The notes under the pieces: generated by a model
The model's input: only the letters and a program-made list of their open reading frames with translations
The model's database searches: none
Told to the model about the DNA's origin: nothing
Translations under genes and position numbers: made by a program
Part shown: piece by piece, positions 51,423 to 63,950 of the stretch
How positions within the stretch are numbered: position 1 is the stretch's first letter
Layout of the letters: each line of letters begins with the position of its first letter
DNA from: Magallana gigas
Lineage: Eukaryota
Direction of reading: 5' to 3'
DNA length: 64,000 nucleotides
Assembly: GCF_963853765.1 (NCBI RefSeq)
Contig: NC_088855.1
Location: forward strand, 15,438,001 to 15,502,000

Positions 51423-53371
51423 ATGGTTATAAGGCTTGGAAGACTCGGGTATTGTTCCCGATATTTGTTGCTACCGGCATTACTGTCCATTTTGTGTAAG
51501 TATGAATTTTAAAAATATCCTCAAATTATTCACTCAACGTGGTAAAGCAGTAATTCGATGAATTATTGTGCACAAGTTTGGATTTCTGATATTTCTAAAG
51601 TTTCCACTGAATGCAAATGATGGGTTTGATTTAATTTAAACAGATTTTATTGACTAATCAAATGGATTAGGCAACAGACAAAGCCTATATAAACCCTCTC
51701 CAAAATACAAAGTCAAGAAGTGGTGTTATTAAATTATCATAGAATATAGTATATATAACTTATAGCATTATTTACCAGTTTACAGAGTGATTTATTATAG
51801 ATATTTTTTGTATACAAGACAAGAGATAATTGGATATTAAATAATAAGCTTGACTTTTGTCGTATAATTATAAATTGTAAGTTAATTTGTCGTTTAACAT
51901 ATACATGAACACATTCATACCTACATTTATAAACCAAATGATGGGTTTGATCGTAAGTCTTGTAAATGTAGAAGCATCCCCTCCCTAAGTTCGCCCTAAA
52001 AAGACTTTCCCGTCGTATAAATTACTTTTTTCTGTTAAAAATGAAAGAACTATATATGATAAGAGTTAAATTTGGCCCCCATAATTCGCCATTTTTTAAG
52101 TGTTTCGGGTACAATAAAATATTAAGTAATTTTTAAGAAGAGTTGTTATAAAATATATTTTTCATCTATTTATTTGATTTATTGGCACTCACTGGCAGTA
52201 TATGACGTCAGAAGTGACGCCATTTCTATAATTCAATCAAAATCAGCCAAAAATTGACATTTTTCTTATCTATTTACGAATGGGAAATATAGAGCGCATT
52301 CTTGAACAAGGAAAAATTTTTGGTCACTTATTAGTCTTGCCTAGATACATCTCTGATTAAAATATTTTATAGAATGCGCTCTATGTTATCGGAAGGAAAC
52401 ACTGCTTGAAAAAAACCTGTTTTACGCTAAAAATGCAAAAATGGCGGGAAAAGGTTGTCTTTACAGTGTCATATTTCTAAATTGTGGGAACTTGAACCAA
52501 AATGAATATTACGTAAACACATCACTTATACATATCTGTACTAAGAAAACAAAGAATGATAGTAAAATGATAATGTTCATTTTAGGGGGACATTTTAGGC
52601 CCTTATCATATATAGTCCTTTATTGAGGGATTACATGATTTGAAACATACTTGTACATGTCTTCCTGAAGTTGAACAATTCATGGGTCGAACGCATTTTT
52701 TCTATTTAAAAAAAATCCCTTGATAAATTGAGAACCATCCCCCCCCCCCATCCCTCTAGGGTTAGAGGGAGGGAGGAGAGAACCTCCTAGTTGATCCAGA
52801 TTACTAGTATAGTTGTTCAGGGTATGGGAAGTTTTTCATTGGGGATTCCTTCTCTACAACATCGGCATAAAATCGGGAAAAGGTAAAGACCTCATTTTGC
52901 TTCTTCAGAATAAGTGTAATATATAAACATATGAAGGAGAGGTTCGTGTTCATACCTGGGGAGACAGGTACATGTAACAAGACTTCGCTACCCACTATTA
53001 GCCTCCAGCGGAAGAAAAGACGGATTGATTATGTATTTTTTATCTATGTATTTTCACATCAGTCGATAAACATAATTCTCGGTACAGTCTTGTCTTCACA
53101 TCAGTAAACTAGTTAATGCCCAATATATATATACGAACATACAAATAGGTACATAGTGACTACATACAGTTCATGGCGTTTTTTGTTTTTGTTTTCTTTT
53201 TGTTTTTGTTTTGTTTTTTGGTTGAATATCAACATTTTGAAAATACTCTACTGTATTCAACTACTGATGTACATATAAAGTTTTCTTACTAAATATTTAT
53301 TCAAAGGATATCGGGTCTTAATGCATTTATTGCCGACACGAAAAAAGTCATGTACAATCTCCGCACAAAAA

Positions 53372-53449
<78 letters not shown>

Positions 53450-53855
53450 TAAACAATGAAGTTGTCTGATTGAGACATAGAATCTGTAAAAAAAAAAAAA
53501 AAAAACCATTGTCCCGTTATGTTGAAAATTAACAAAAATACTTTTTGATTAAAGGAATGATTGTGAATGTCCTTTACTACGTCCTTATGTAATTACTGCA
53601 ATAGACAAAACAAAGTTAGTGGAACTTTTATAACGCGATATTTTAAATTGTTATTTCAAATACAGCATCTTCGCTAGCCGAGTGTTCGATTCACTATTCT
53701 CGGACACTTGGTCAGCAACGAAGGAAATCAAATGATTGACACAGAGTAGCGCGTAGATAGTTACATTTGATAGATACTCCTCACATTGACATTTTGACAT
53801 TGCAGCAATTAAAGCCTCTACACCGCAGCATCCCCTAACTTCGCTGTGATATTTA

Positions 53856-53912
<57 letters not shown>

Positions 53913-56448
53913 ACAGGAAACTGCTATCTTAGTGACATAGGGCTATGAAAATATCAATTACCGGATAATATTGTTATGCATATACTAGGCTACCCAATGA
54001 TCAAAGAAAGCATTTTATTGATTGAGTAAAATAAAACGACATGATGCAATCAAAGAACTGAATGTACTCAAAGGTTTTATCACAGACATAAATAACCACA
54101 CACTCAGAATGAAAATTTAATACAACAGAATTGTGAAGAAAACAAAATCGTTGAATTCTTAATTCTTAGTATGACAATGGAATAAATAACCTCTAGCAAT
54201 TCTTAACAAAGGAAATCAATGCAATTTCAAATAACAGTTTGAGAAAGGAGAAAAGTATAAAAGTATTATGTGATTAGGAGGATGGAAAAAATGAAGAAAT
54301 GGTTTTTAAAAAAGCAAAAAAAGAAAAAAAAAAATCGAAAAAAATCGTTACTATCAAATCGATTCATAAACTATAAATATTTATTACACTTGCAGGTGTA
54401 GTGTACTTGGGATTACTCAAAGACAGTGTCATGAGAACACCCATCATATACAGTAGTGTCGACAACATTGCGCGAATAGAGGGACAACAGGATCGGGCAC
54501 CTGCCGGTAGGGATATACATGTACAGGCATATAAAAGACATCTTATACAGCATTTTCTTTTTTTGCATAATTCAGAGATTATTTATCTAAAATACCATAT
54601 GTGTATTTTTGTAGAATTCACGTATACATATATTTTACATCATTTTAAGCTATTTTTTCATTTTTAAAACAGCGTGTATTTTACAAGACCCATCGATGAC
54701 GGCGCAATGTTACTTACATTTCTTTTTTATAAAACATGAAGATATTTTCATGAAAAGAATCTGATGTTTCACAAATGGTCATAAGTGGATGAATGTTCGT
54801 AGACTGATCTAAACGTGCGATTTACGTGCATGCGAATTACAAATCTACACGTATGGGAGACAGAGAACGCAAAATAAAAAGAAGTCCAAATCCCGAACGA
54901 CCAGAAATTAATGAGAAGAATCATAATGTTCTCTGTATACTAATATACATTGCTGTTATTTTTTCCTCTGGACTATTGCTATCTGATGTTCACAAAGCAA
55001 TTGCTAATTATTTTTCCATGCACCATGTTTATAAGATCAAAGACTTATGAATAGTTACAAACATATAACGTCGTTATAATACACTCTTCTTTTTTTCCAT
55101 TGTCGGTTTGAGAAGAAAAAAATAGAGTTAAGAACATACTAGTTGTGGCGTACCAGAGAAGTGGGTCAACTTTCACTTCCGAGATCCTTCAACATGGAGA
55201 CGAAAAGTCCTTCTTCAGCATGGAACCTCTGTGGCAGACCTACAGGACCTGTAACATACGGAGCGAGGGCATATGTTGTCTCAACAACAAGTGTCGGTCT
55301 GTAGAGTGTGCATGGTTTAAGGATGAAAAAGGTTTTATTAGATTTGTAGGAACGCTTCATCGTCGTTCGAATTTCGAATTTACAGTTTGGGTAAACGTTG
55401 ATGCGCACTGGTTTATTCGTCAGATAAAATCTAGAAAAATCTAGAAAACGGAGTCAAACACAAATGTACATTATTAATTTTTAAGATCAGAATTTACACA
55501 CTTTAAGTCATTTTAAGTTTTAAGAATTTTACATTTGTATTTGAAAGATAGAACACCAGTTTTACTTTTTTAATTCTATTCGAAATTAACTTTACCATTT
55601 CGACTAAAACAAAACGTCCAAGACTTTTTTCGTTTCGTGTTCACAGATCACCATTGCACAAGTACGAAGAGATAGAATATGCCTTGTCAGTGCTACAGAA
55701 GATCTACACCTGTAATTTCAACGCTTTGTCATACAAGATTCTCAAATCCTTTGTAGCCTTTCCTAGCACAGGCCAAGGCTATCTAAGATCTGCTGGATGT
55801 TTCCAGCATAAAAGGGAAAAGAATGTAAGCCATTGTGTTCAACATCTGACAGACCTCTGTAGATCTTCCTCTGTCGTCATTATCAAGGTACTAAGAATCG
55901 ATATGGAGTTAGCCAGGGTTTTAAAGACGTATCTAAACAACCTGTCTATCATCCACCTCGTGAGAGACCCCAGGGCCATTATGAACTCCCGAGCCAAAGG
56001 TCACTTCCTATCTAACGACCCGCTTTCTTCACAGTCCATGGCACTTTGCTCGGTCATGTATAAAAACATAATGAATGTGCAACGATATGATTCTTGTTTT
56101 ACGCTACAGTTCGAACATTTAGCAAAGGAACCCGAACTAGTTGTCAGGCGACTTTATAGCTATTGCGGGTTAAACTTTACCATGGAAACCTCTCGGTGGT
56201 TAAAGCTACATACTAACGCCTCCCAGCGTGACTTGTTTCAACTTCCGGTAAATATAAAGGCCCACAAGATTACCTTTCTTAAAAATTCGATGCACGTTTC
56301 TCAAGACTGGAGAAGAAGAATGTCATTGAAAGACATTGGAATTATTCAAAATTCTTGTCACGAAGTGTTAGGGGTGCTTGGATCCCGCGTTTTTGCAGGA
56401 GAGTCGGAACTTCGAAATGTAAGCATAAGTGTTTTTAGCGCAATTTAA
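51423..56448 (+). CDS. Golgi carbohydrate sulfotransferase (CHST1/3/4/5-like, Gal/GlcNAc-6-O family), 389 aa, 4 exons
   Basis: Exons 51423-51495, 54396-54506, 55113-55296, 55647-56448 (TAA), phases consistent. Type II membrane anchor YLLLPALLSILCVVYLGLL spans exons 1 and 2. 5'-PAPS-binding loop ILVVAYQRSGSTFTSEIL, conserved MEPLW, 3'-PAPS-binding IIHLVRDPRAIMNSR. AATAAA at 56587. The orthologue cannot be assigned from sequence alone. Confidence 0.9.
52045..52620 (+). mobile_element. ~576-bp MITE, copy 2 (sulfotransferase intron 1)
   Basis: Near-identical to 41625-42202. 21-bp TIR AAGAACTATATATGATAAGAG / CCCTTATCATATATAGTCCTT matches at 19 of 21 positions. Confidence 0.88.
53377..53445. repeat. 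(CT)n microsatellite
   Basis: About 34 CT units. Confidence 0.99.
53858..53909. repeat. (GA)n microsatellite
   Basis: About 26 GA units. Confidence 0.99.
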
Positions 56449-56782
56449 ACGCACCTAGAAAATGATTCGATAGCTTCACTTAATGTTTTAACTGTAGTTT
56501 GAAAGCGAAAATAAGGCAATGGGCATCAATTAATACCCGTGTGTTTCATCGATGTTCATAAACTGACACAAACAAACAAGCATGTGAATAAATATAAAGA
56601 AACAACTGTCATTTACGTGATGGTTTACTGAAAACAAAACAACTGGGAAAACGAAACATCTTATAATTTATATAAATCAATTTAGACACCTTCGTCAGTG
56701 TAATATAAAATCTAATTGTTAAATTATTATTATTATTATTAATGACTGTGCAAAGTCACTTCCGGTGAGCGGTCAGCCATTT

Positions 56783-59700
56783 TTATCTGGGAGCATCACC
56801 ACATTCCCCTTTTAAGAAGGCAGGACCAAATTCTCCATTCCGTATCACAGTTCGGCGACTGGTGTCATATCGGTAAAATCTGTAAATAATATGTAAATAT
56901 ATCATTCAACAGTGTTCCCAATAAATTATTCCATATGGATTTTTTTGCATTTATTTTTTTTTTGGATGAAACATATACATTTCTGTAGAAATAATATAAA
57001 GCACTTAGTTGAATATTTAGCACAAATTATTAAATTAGATGCTAGTATATATACCAAAAGTTACATGTATACCAGTACTATTAATCACCTGGCTCTTAGT
57101 ATCAATAGCTTAGCTATAGAAAACTAGAATTTCGTTTTGATACATTAACCAATGATAATATCACATATTTCTGAGCATCCACGAACTTAGCTATTTGAGG
57201 TTTTAAAATAATGTTTATTTCAATTTGGATGCAAAGACTTATTATTCTAAATTATCAAACGACTTTTGTATGATTGTCCTGTTATAAAATACACACCTGT
57301 TTCCTTTAAAGAAATAAACAGTTCCGGAGTCCCATCTTACGGCAGCATCGATCATACTCGGAACTCCTCTGTACTGATTGGAAATGTAACGATGAGATCC
57401 AACTATAACTTCGCCATTCATTCTCATCCTCCAAAGGATACCACTCTGTTCGAAAGCAAAAATGAAAAACTGAAATCAACTTTCACATCACTTCCCTCAT
57501 CATTCCTATACAAATTTGGAACAGAAAAAAACATCGTCTGATCTGTTGAAAACGATCAGACGTAAAGGTTGATACGTACTCCAAACACTTCTACGTCATT
57601 TCCGGAGGCAGATGTGGCGATCACGGCCCGTGGTCTCTCGGGCATTGTTCGAGGGCCGCCTTGTACCAATATTGTACCCATAGGATTCCTCATTCGGTCA
57701 AACTCCCAAAGTCTTTGACCTGCAAATTAAATTACGCCTTCTTCAAAACATGACATTGGAATATCACAACTGTAATTCTATTACATCATACGTTCAAAGG
57801 TCTGACAATAATTGTCACCGAATATTTGAAGCATATCTTCTTTAATTAAGTAATACCTCGCATAAAATAAGTGCGACCAAGACTTGGAATACTATAGGCT
57901 GCGTCCATAGACCATGGAGCACGCCGAAAGAGGTTATTGGTTCGAATTCTGTCTAGGAAGCCTCTCTCTGTTATTCTCATGACGTAATTGCCTTGGATGA
58001 ACACAAACAGTGTACCATCAAAATCTGTAAAATAAAAATGATAAAATGGTCAAAAAGAATTAAGTCTAATACTTTGGCAATATACACTGTACAAAACCAG
58101 ATTTTTCGCAAAAACAAATTTTTAAAGTTCAATACCATAAAGATATACTTCTTTTTATTTGAATCTAATAATTTATAGGTAAACACGAATGAAATCTCAC
58201 CTCTGACAGCAGCTTGTATCTGAACGTTACAAAATTCCGGAATTTCTGGTCTTGGGGTAGGTCTGGGGGTAGGTGCCGGGGTGATTCGAGGCCGAGGTGC
58301 TGGTGTGGTGGGGCGAGATGTTGTCATAGGATAGGGGGTGGTCAGCGGCCTCCCTGTTGGCGGACCTAAAGAGTAATCAGACAGAAGTTGAGATTTTTTT
58401 AAAATTCAAACAAAGACAATCTTATTTCAATGCTGTAAAATTTCAGATATCATTTTGCATCTAAACTATACAACGAATACTACATGTACATGCTTATTTA
58501 ACATGCCAACTCTTCAAAGAGAAACTTCCATTTGATTTATCAAATTGACATCAATTATTATGCGAATGCGACTATTTCTTTATTTTTTTCAGAATCTGTT
58601 TCCTGCATATATATACACACCATACAAACTCTGCATCCCTTTCACGTCATCGTCATGCAGCGTGAAACTCGCGTTATATCCGGAATAATACGGGTACATG
58701 AGCGCCCCCTGTACGTCTGAGTGAAACAACCCCATGGTGTGACCAAACTCATGCACCGCCACCGTGAAGAAATCGGTCTTGGTGTTTCCCACTTCGTCAC
58801 CAAACCCCCAGTTTTCCTCGTCATCGAAGTGGACATCGCCATTGGATGGGAAAAAAGCATGCGCGAGTACTCTACCTAAAAGTAGTAAAACATGGATTAG
58901 AAAAATTTTAAAGTTTATAAAAGAAAGTTTTTTTTCCCATTAAGTTTGAATAATTACAGATACAAAAAGAAACTTTGAAATTTTAATCGTTTATCGTTTT
59001 TATAACGGCATGATGCCGGGCATGCATGGTCGTTTGAAATCCGGACTTTTGGGAACAGATCTTTGCAGTTTTACATAACTTTTGCAACGTATCAGACTTC
59101 ATTGGAAACAACGAGTCATTCTCAATAAGGTAGCCTCCCACATAAAAAGGAACCTATCTTCGCATCGGGATTTAGGTTTTCCAAAAAAAAAAACCCACAG
59201 TTTATAACCATTTTTAAAATTTACTTAAAGTTTCAGCAGAACTAAGGGCTCTCTGAAATAAGCATAAATAAATTCAGTAGAACACGGTTATAGCGAACAC
59301 GCTTATAATGAATTGACGCTTACAGCAAAGTGATTTTAAGTCCCCGTGACTAGATAATATGTTGAAAACTTGACGGATATAACGGTTTCGCTTATAACGA
59401 AGTAAAATCACCCGTCCCTGGCACTTCGTTATAATAAGGGTCTCTTACTGTAAATAAATGAAGGGTAAAACCACAAAAAAAGGTTTAAGCATCCAAACTA
59501 TATTTGGGATCCCCCCATAATATGTATAGAAATAACCTACCGCGGCCATCAAAGGAATTGCTGGCACCGTCCCCGTGAGTTCGAACCTCGAAGGAAATGG
59601 TTATATCGGACTCGCCGGCGACCTCCCTAAAAGTTAGTGGGGTCACATCGGACCAATGCCTCAATGCTCGAGCAATCTCTCTCCTACCAACAGACAAATC

Positions 59701-62700
59701 AACAGTATTATACTACTAGTATTATACCTTGTGCTTTGTATATCTGGTTTGTTTCGTCCATTACTCAAGAAAAAAAACCCTCTGTATTATTCTTTATATG
59801 TTTTTTTTTTAATTATTTACTCAATGATTCGTCTAACTAAACTGATGTAACGCTAAATATACCGAGTTTTATCTTGATCAAGCTGTCTGGTAAATTTGGT
59901 AATTTTCCACGTCAGAGCTGTTTTCCGCCATTTTGGGCCTTGAATAGTAGATGAATAGTCATTAGAAAAAGTAGCAAATCAGAAGACAGCCACTGAAAGT
60001 AAAAGATATTAAGGTTAATATCAAAACTTACCAAGATTGAATTGTTGAGGTTGGAGTTCAGGGTTCATGACTTCATCCTTTTGCATAACATCTTCACAAG
60101 CACATCGTCGTTTGTTCATGACCACTTCGTCTGCGGGACCAATGACCCCTGTGACCTCGAGATTGCTGAACATTTGCCACCATCTGAAGACAAGATGAAT
60201 TCATGACATTCGTTCGGTTTTTTTTTCAGCAAAGTAAGTTTTGGCCGTCTTTGCACCGAATTTCACATGCATAATAAGGATACGAAACATAATCCCAGAA
60301 GTAAAAAAAGTATGACAAAATTAAAAAAAAAAATGAAAAGGTAACGATTATTTCCCAAAACCTATTTACATGCACATGACTATATGAATACACAAGTATA
60401 TCATAAATCATGTGACACTCCAATCTCCTAGCCAATCTTGTTGAACCCAAAGTACAGAAAAAAAGACCCTGAAACGTACTACTACACCAAAAAAGCGTGC
60501 GACTTTCGTGCGAGAAAAGTTTCGTGTAAACCGTTTAGCGTTTCGTGTAAACCGTTTAGCGTTTCGTGTGAATCGTGAAGCGTTTCATGTAAACCGTTTA
60601 ACGTTTCGGGCAAAGCGTGCAGCGTTTCGGGCAAAGCGTGTAAATCGTTTCGGGCAAAGCGTGCGAGAACCGTGTGAAACGTTCATCAGATTTCATTCGG
60701 AACTCTCTGACAATTTAATTGTTTCAAAATAGCGCTCGTGTTAAACATTACTTTAAACTGATTGGCAAAACTCCTTTGAGATATTCTCGTGAAAAAAATC
60801 TGTAAGAAATGATATACTTATCTTTTTACAAAATTGAATTAATTTTTAACAAACAAAAGAAAAGTACGCGTATTGAAAGAAGACTGGTTACTGAGACTGT
60901 TCGGTTGTGTACAACCAGTACACATAACCTCGGACATCGGGTAAGACCTGCACCTGGCTGAACCTGTCAATCAAACTCTGTGTATTCGTTTTCATTGGAT
61001 GGTCACTATTTTTTCAATAGCCAATAGAAATTTAATGACTTGAAGGTAGTCGGAATCAGTATTTGATGATGCACACAATTTCAATGATAGATTATTTAAC
61101 ATTAATTTGAACAAAATTAAATGTAAACATAGAAAAAAAAATATTCTGTTCATTTCTATGAAATGCGGGAAGTAAATTCTTCTAAATCCCGATTGAAATA
61201 TTCTACAAGTTATTATTTTAATTATTTAAACACTGATAACGGAAAACAACAAGTAATTAACGCACTGAAATTTTCCTATAATGCACACATGCAATTAATT
61301 ATTATGGGAATCTATATGCATGGTACTTAATTCAAATAGATTATGATAAATATATTGTACGCCGTTATGCGGGGCGCCGGTTATGTATACGAATATTGAG
61401 ACAAAAATCTAAATCATGTTTTAATTTTTTGTTCTTTCCGAAATCCAAAACAGTAATGACAACTTTCTTTATTGTTTAATCCATTGATTTTTCTCTGTGA
61501 TGTTATGTACGGAACATTTATTTAGGCGAATGATTCGACATAAAAAAAATTAATCGGTTGTTTTATAGCATTTTTCTAACTTATGTGACTAATTTTATTT
61601 TACATAACTTTCAAAATTATCAATGTAAATAATTACAGGTTTATTTACAGTTAGTATTTTTACATCGTATTCTCTGAAACCAATTAAAATATTAATGTGA
61701 GAAGAAAAAACAAATCCCGCCGAATACTGAAAAACCAAATTATCAATGTAAATAATTACAGGTTTATTTACAGTTAGTATTTTTACATCGTATTCTCTGA
61801 AACCAATAAAAATATTAATATGAGAAGAAAAAACAAATCCCACCAAATACTGAAAAACCGATTTCAGTTTGTAATCATACGGATTTTATTTTTGGTATTG
61901 AATATTGTGTTACGGTAACTTTTTTCTCTGGAATTTTTATTATTTACGGGACTAATAAGAATCATGGATATTTCTTTTGTGCAATAAATATATTTATAGA
62001 AGTAATATTTTGGCTAATTCTTTGAATAAATAATTTTTTGATTTAAATATAAGTACCAAATTAATTTAATTAATCAATTCAATACTTATGTACATATATG
62101 TTTCTAATATCAGTATATCTATTATTTCGTGTTTTCTTAAAATTAATTCTTACTAACAGAGTCAGGGTAAAAATCCGAGAGGACCCGAATCGATCAGGAT
62201 AAAAGCGTGTCCAAAGCGTGTGAAAAGCGAGCAAATCGTTTCGTGCGAGAATCGTTTCGTGTAAACCGTTCAGCGTTTCGTGTAAATCGTTTAGCGTTTC
62301 GGGTAAAGCGTGCAGCGTTTCGTGTAAACCGTTCAGCGTTTCGTGTGAAACGTTTAGCGAGCGTGTAGCGAGCGTGCAGCGAGCGTGCAGCGAGCGTGCA
62401 GCGAGCGTGTGGTGTAGTAGTACGTTTCAGGGTATTTATGTAGAAGAGATGTATTGGAAAATCCGCCATATGATACGATGTGACAATCCTCGTATAATTT
62501 TCTGAAGATATTAACCAATGGTAGGGCGTTTAAACCTATATTATACTGGTAGATACCTCGCAATGTTAGAGATATCACTTAAACATACATGAAGTATAAT
62601 ATCTATTTAACAAAGAAAGAGACATCCATCCGAAATCAAAAGATATCCCCCTGAATTAGTAAAAGAGATTTTGATTTTGGTTTATGGAGTGTTCTTTGTG

Positions 62701-63325
62701 AAATAGACAAACGGTGCATATTTGAATTATGAAGAATAAGGTATCTTGAAATTTGAAAGACGTCACAGGAAATTGAAAGGTTTTTCTCCTTTGTACTATA
62801 GTTACAACAGAGCTTGTCTTATTTCCTCTTTTACGAGCCAATGACCACCAAAAAGTACTTGAGATTGTGTTTCATACAAAATTACTAACCACATCCGGGA
62901 ACTTTGAGTGACTAACCCTTAAAACATGTTGTTAGTCATAATATGAATAAGTATCCGTTGCAATTCATTTACATTGTCCGTTAACATAAATTGCACCAGT
63001 TTATACCTGCTTGGTCTACTGCGCTTCTATGATTCCACTTGTATAAACCAATGGCTTGTTCGATAATTTGCCATGTCATGATAAGTATACGTCGGAGTTT
63101 GGGATTTTTTGGGGATTTCTGAAGATGCTAAACCAATGGAGTTTAACGTTGATTGTTATGTACATCATGTTTTACTTATCAATTAATACGGTAAATGAAC
63201 TCGATCTGTGGAATGCCGTACAATTATTTTTATACTCACTTGATTGCGTATATTCTATTTTCTTCACTGGCCCGTCGATTGGTGTTGCAGTTTTCAATCA
63301 GGTATCCATATTTACACAAATAAGT
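56783..63325 (-). CDS. Secreted matrix metalloproteinase (M10A, with hemopexin domain), 5'-partial; 476 aa recovered
   Basis: Exons (minus strand, 5' to 3'): 63325-63240, 60183-60032, 59938-59863, 59683-59541, 58875-58621, 58365-58201, 58024-57857, 57719-57580, 57445-57297, 56879-56783 (TAA), phases consistent. Prodomain YLCKYGYL...[15 protein letters not shown], structural Zn/Ca site [28 protein letters not shown], catalytic [11 protein letters not shown], Met-turn ALMYP, Pro/Thr hinge, Cys-bounded hemopexin domain ([22 protein letters not shown]...GEC). The signal-peptide exon was not found and probably lies beyond 64000. Confidence 0.95.
59275..59450. mobile_element. Tc1/mariner (pogo-like) MITE in MMP intron
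   Basis: CAGTAGAACAC ... GTCTCTTACTG|TA imperfect TIRs, ~176 bp. Confidence 0.55.
60466..62433. mobile_element. 1.97-kb non-autonomous DNA transposon with perfect 23-bp TIRs and CpG-rich subterminal minisatellites
   Basis: ACCCTGAAACGTACTACTACACC (60466-60488) and its exact reverse complement (62411-62433). 21-bp-unit arrays (GCGTTTCGTGTAAACCGTTTA) at about 60495-60685 and 62205-62410. No transposase ORF. Lies in the MMP intron 60184-63239. Confidence 0.85.
61614..61859. repeat. 123-bp direct tandem duplication (2 copies)
   Basis: Copies 61614-61736 and 61737-61859 differ at only a few positions. This explains the repeated peptide in ORF 61595..61846. Confidence 0.95.
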
Positions 63326-63459
63326 CTAAAAATTGCAATTTTACACATTATATTAAAATACAATTCATACTTTCATAAAATAAACTCGACCCAAGGTTAA
63401 TCCGTTATTACTTTAGACTCTCTCCTTAACTAATACCATTCTTAGAGTGGGTGTTAAGG

Positions 63460-63768
63460 TATTAACTATATCGAACACGCCCGAGAATATTAACTATATC
63501 GAATACGCCCGAGAATATTAACTATATCGAATACGCCCGAGAATATTAACTATATCGAATACGCCCGAGAATATTAACTATATCGAACACGCCCGAGAAT
63601 ATTAATTATATCGAACACGCCGGAGAATATTAACTATATCGAATACGCCGGAGAATATTAACTATATCGAACACGCCCGAGAATATTAATTATATCGAAC
63701 ACGCCCGTGAATATTAACTATATCGAATACGCCGGAGAATATGAACTATATCGAACACGCCCGAGAAT
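63460..63768. repeat. 28-bp minisatellite, ~11 copies (CCGAGAATATTAACTATATCGAATACGC)
   Basis: Tandem array visible directly, upstream of the recovered MMP exons. Confidence 0.95.
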
Positions 63769-63950
63769 AAGAATTGTGAGGGTTTATTGCAAAAATGTAC
63801 GTAAAATAAAAAAAAACCATCCTATTTAGAGGGTTAGAAGATAGCCATTTCAGCTATATTGGTCCTCTTTTAAAAGAAGATCTCTGTATAAAGATATAGA
63901 ATACTTAAACAAATAAGTTATTTTAAATAAAATATTTAAATTTTTTCTTC

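Noticed and set aside
54826-55050. ORF with a basic N-terminus and hydrophobic stretch (VLCILIYIAVIFSSGLLL) that could be an alternative first exon of the sulfotransferase
   Set aside because: No GT donor in the phase needed to join the 55113 acceptor; exons 51423-51495 and 54396-54506 already give a complete anchor in frame.
57446-57537. Possible extra MMP exon after the acceptor-like CAG at 57538
   Set aside because: It reads into a stop. Direct splicing 57580 to 57445 gives a proper hemopexin blade (VFG-SGILWRM).
60508-62578. ORFs 60508-60732, 61595-61846, 62194-62469 and 62354-62578
   Set aside because: Translations of 21-bp, 11-bp and 123-bp repeats inside the TIR element; no transposase motifs.
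62806-62910. Minus-strand segment reading ...EEIRQALL with a good GTAACT donor, initially taken as the MMP prodomain exon; an overlapping frame reads [14 protein letters not shown], signal-peptide-like
   Set aside because: Exon 63325-63240 (TYLCKYGYL...YAIK) carries the conserved YLxxYGYL motif and the right phase. This segment lacks that motif, and the signal-like frame stops after 14 codons.
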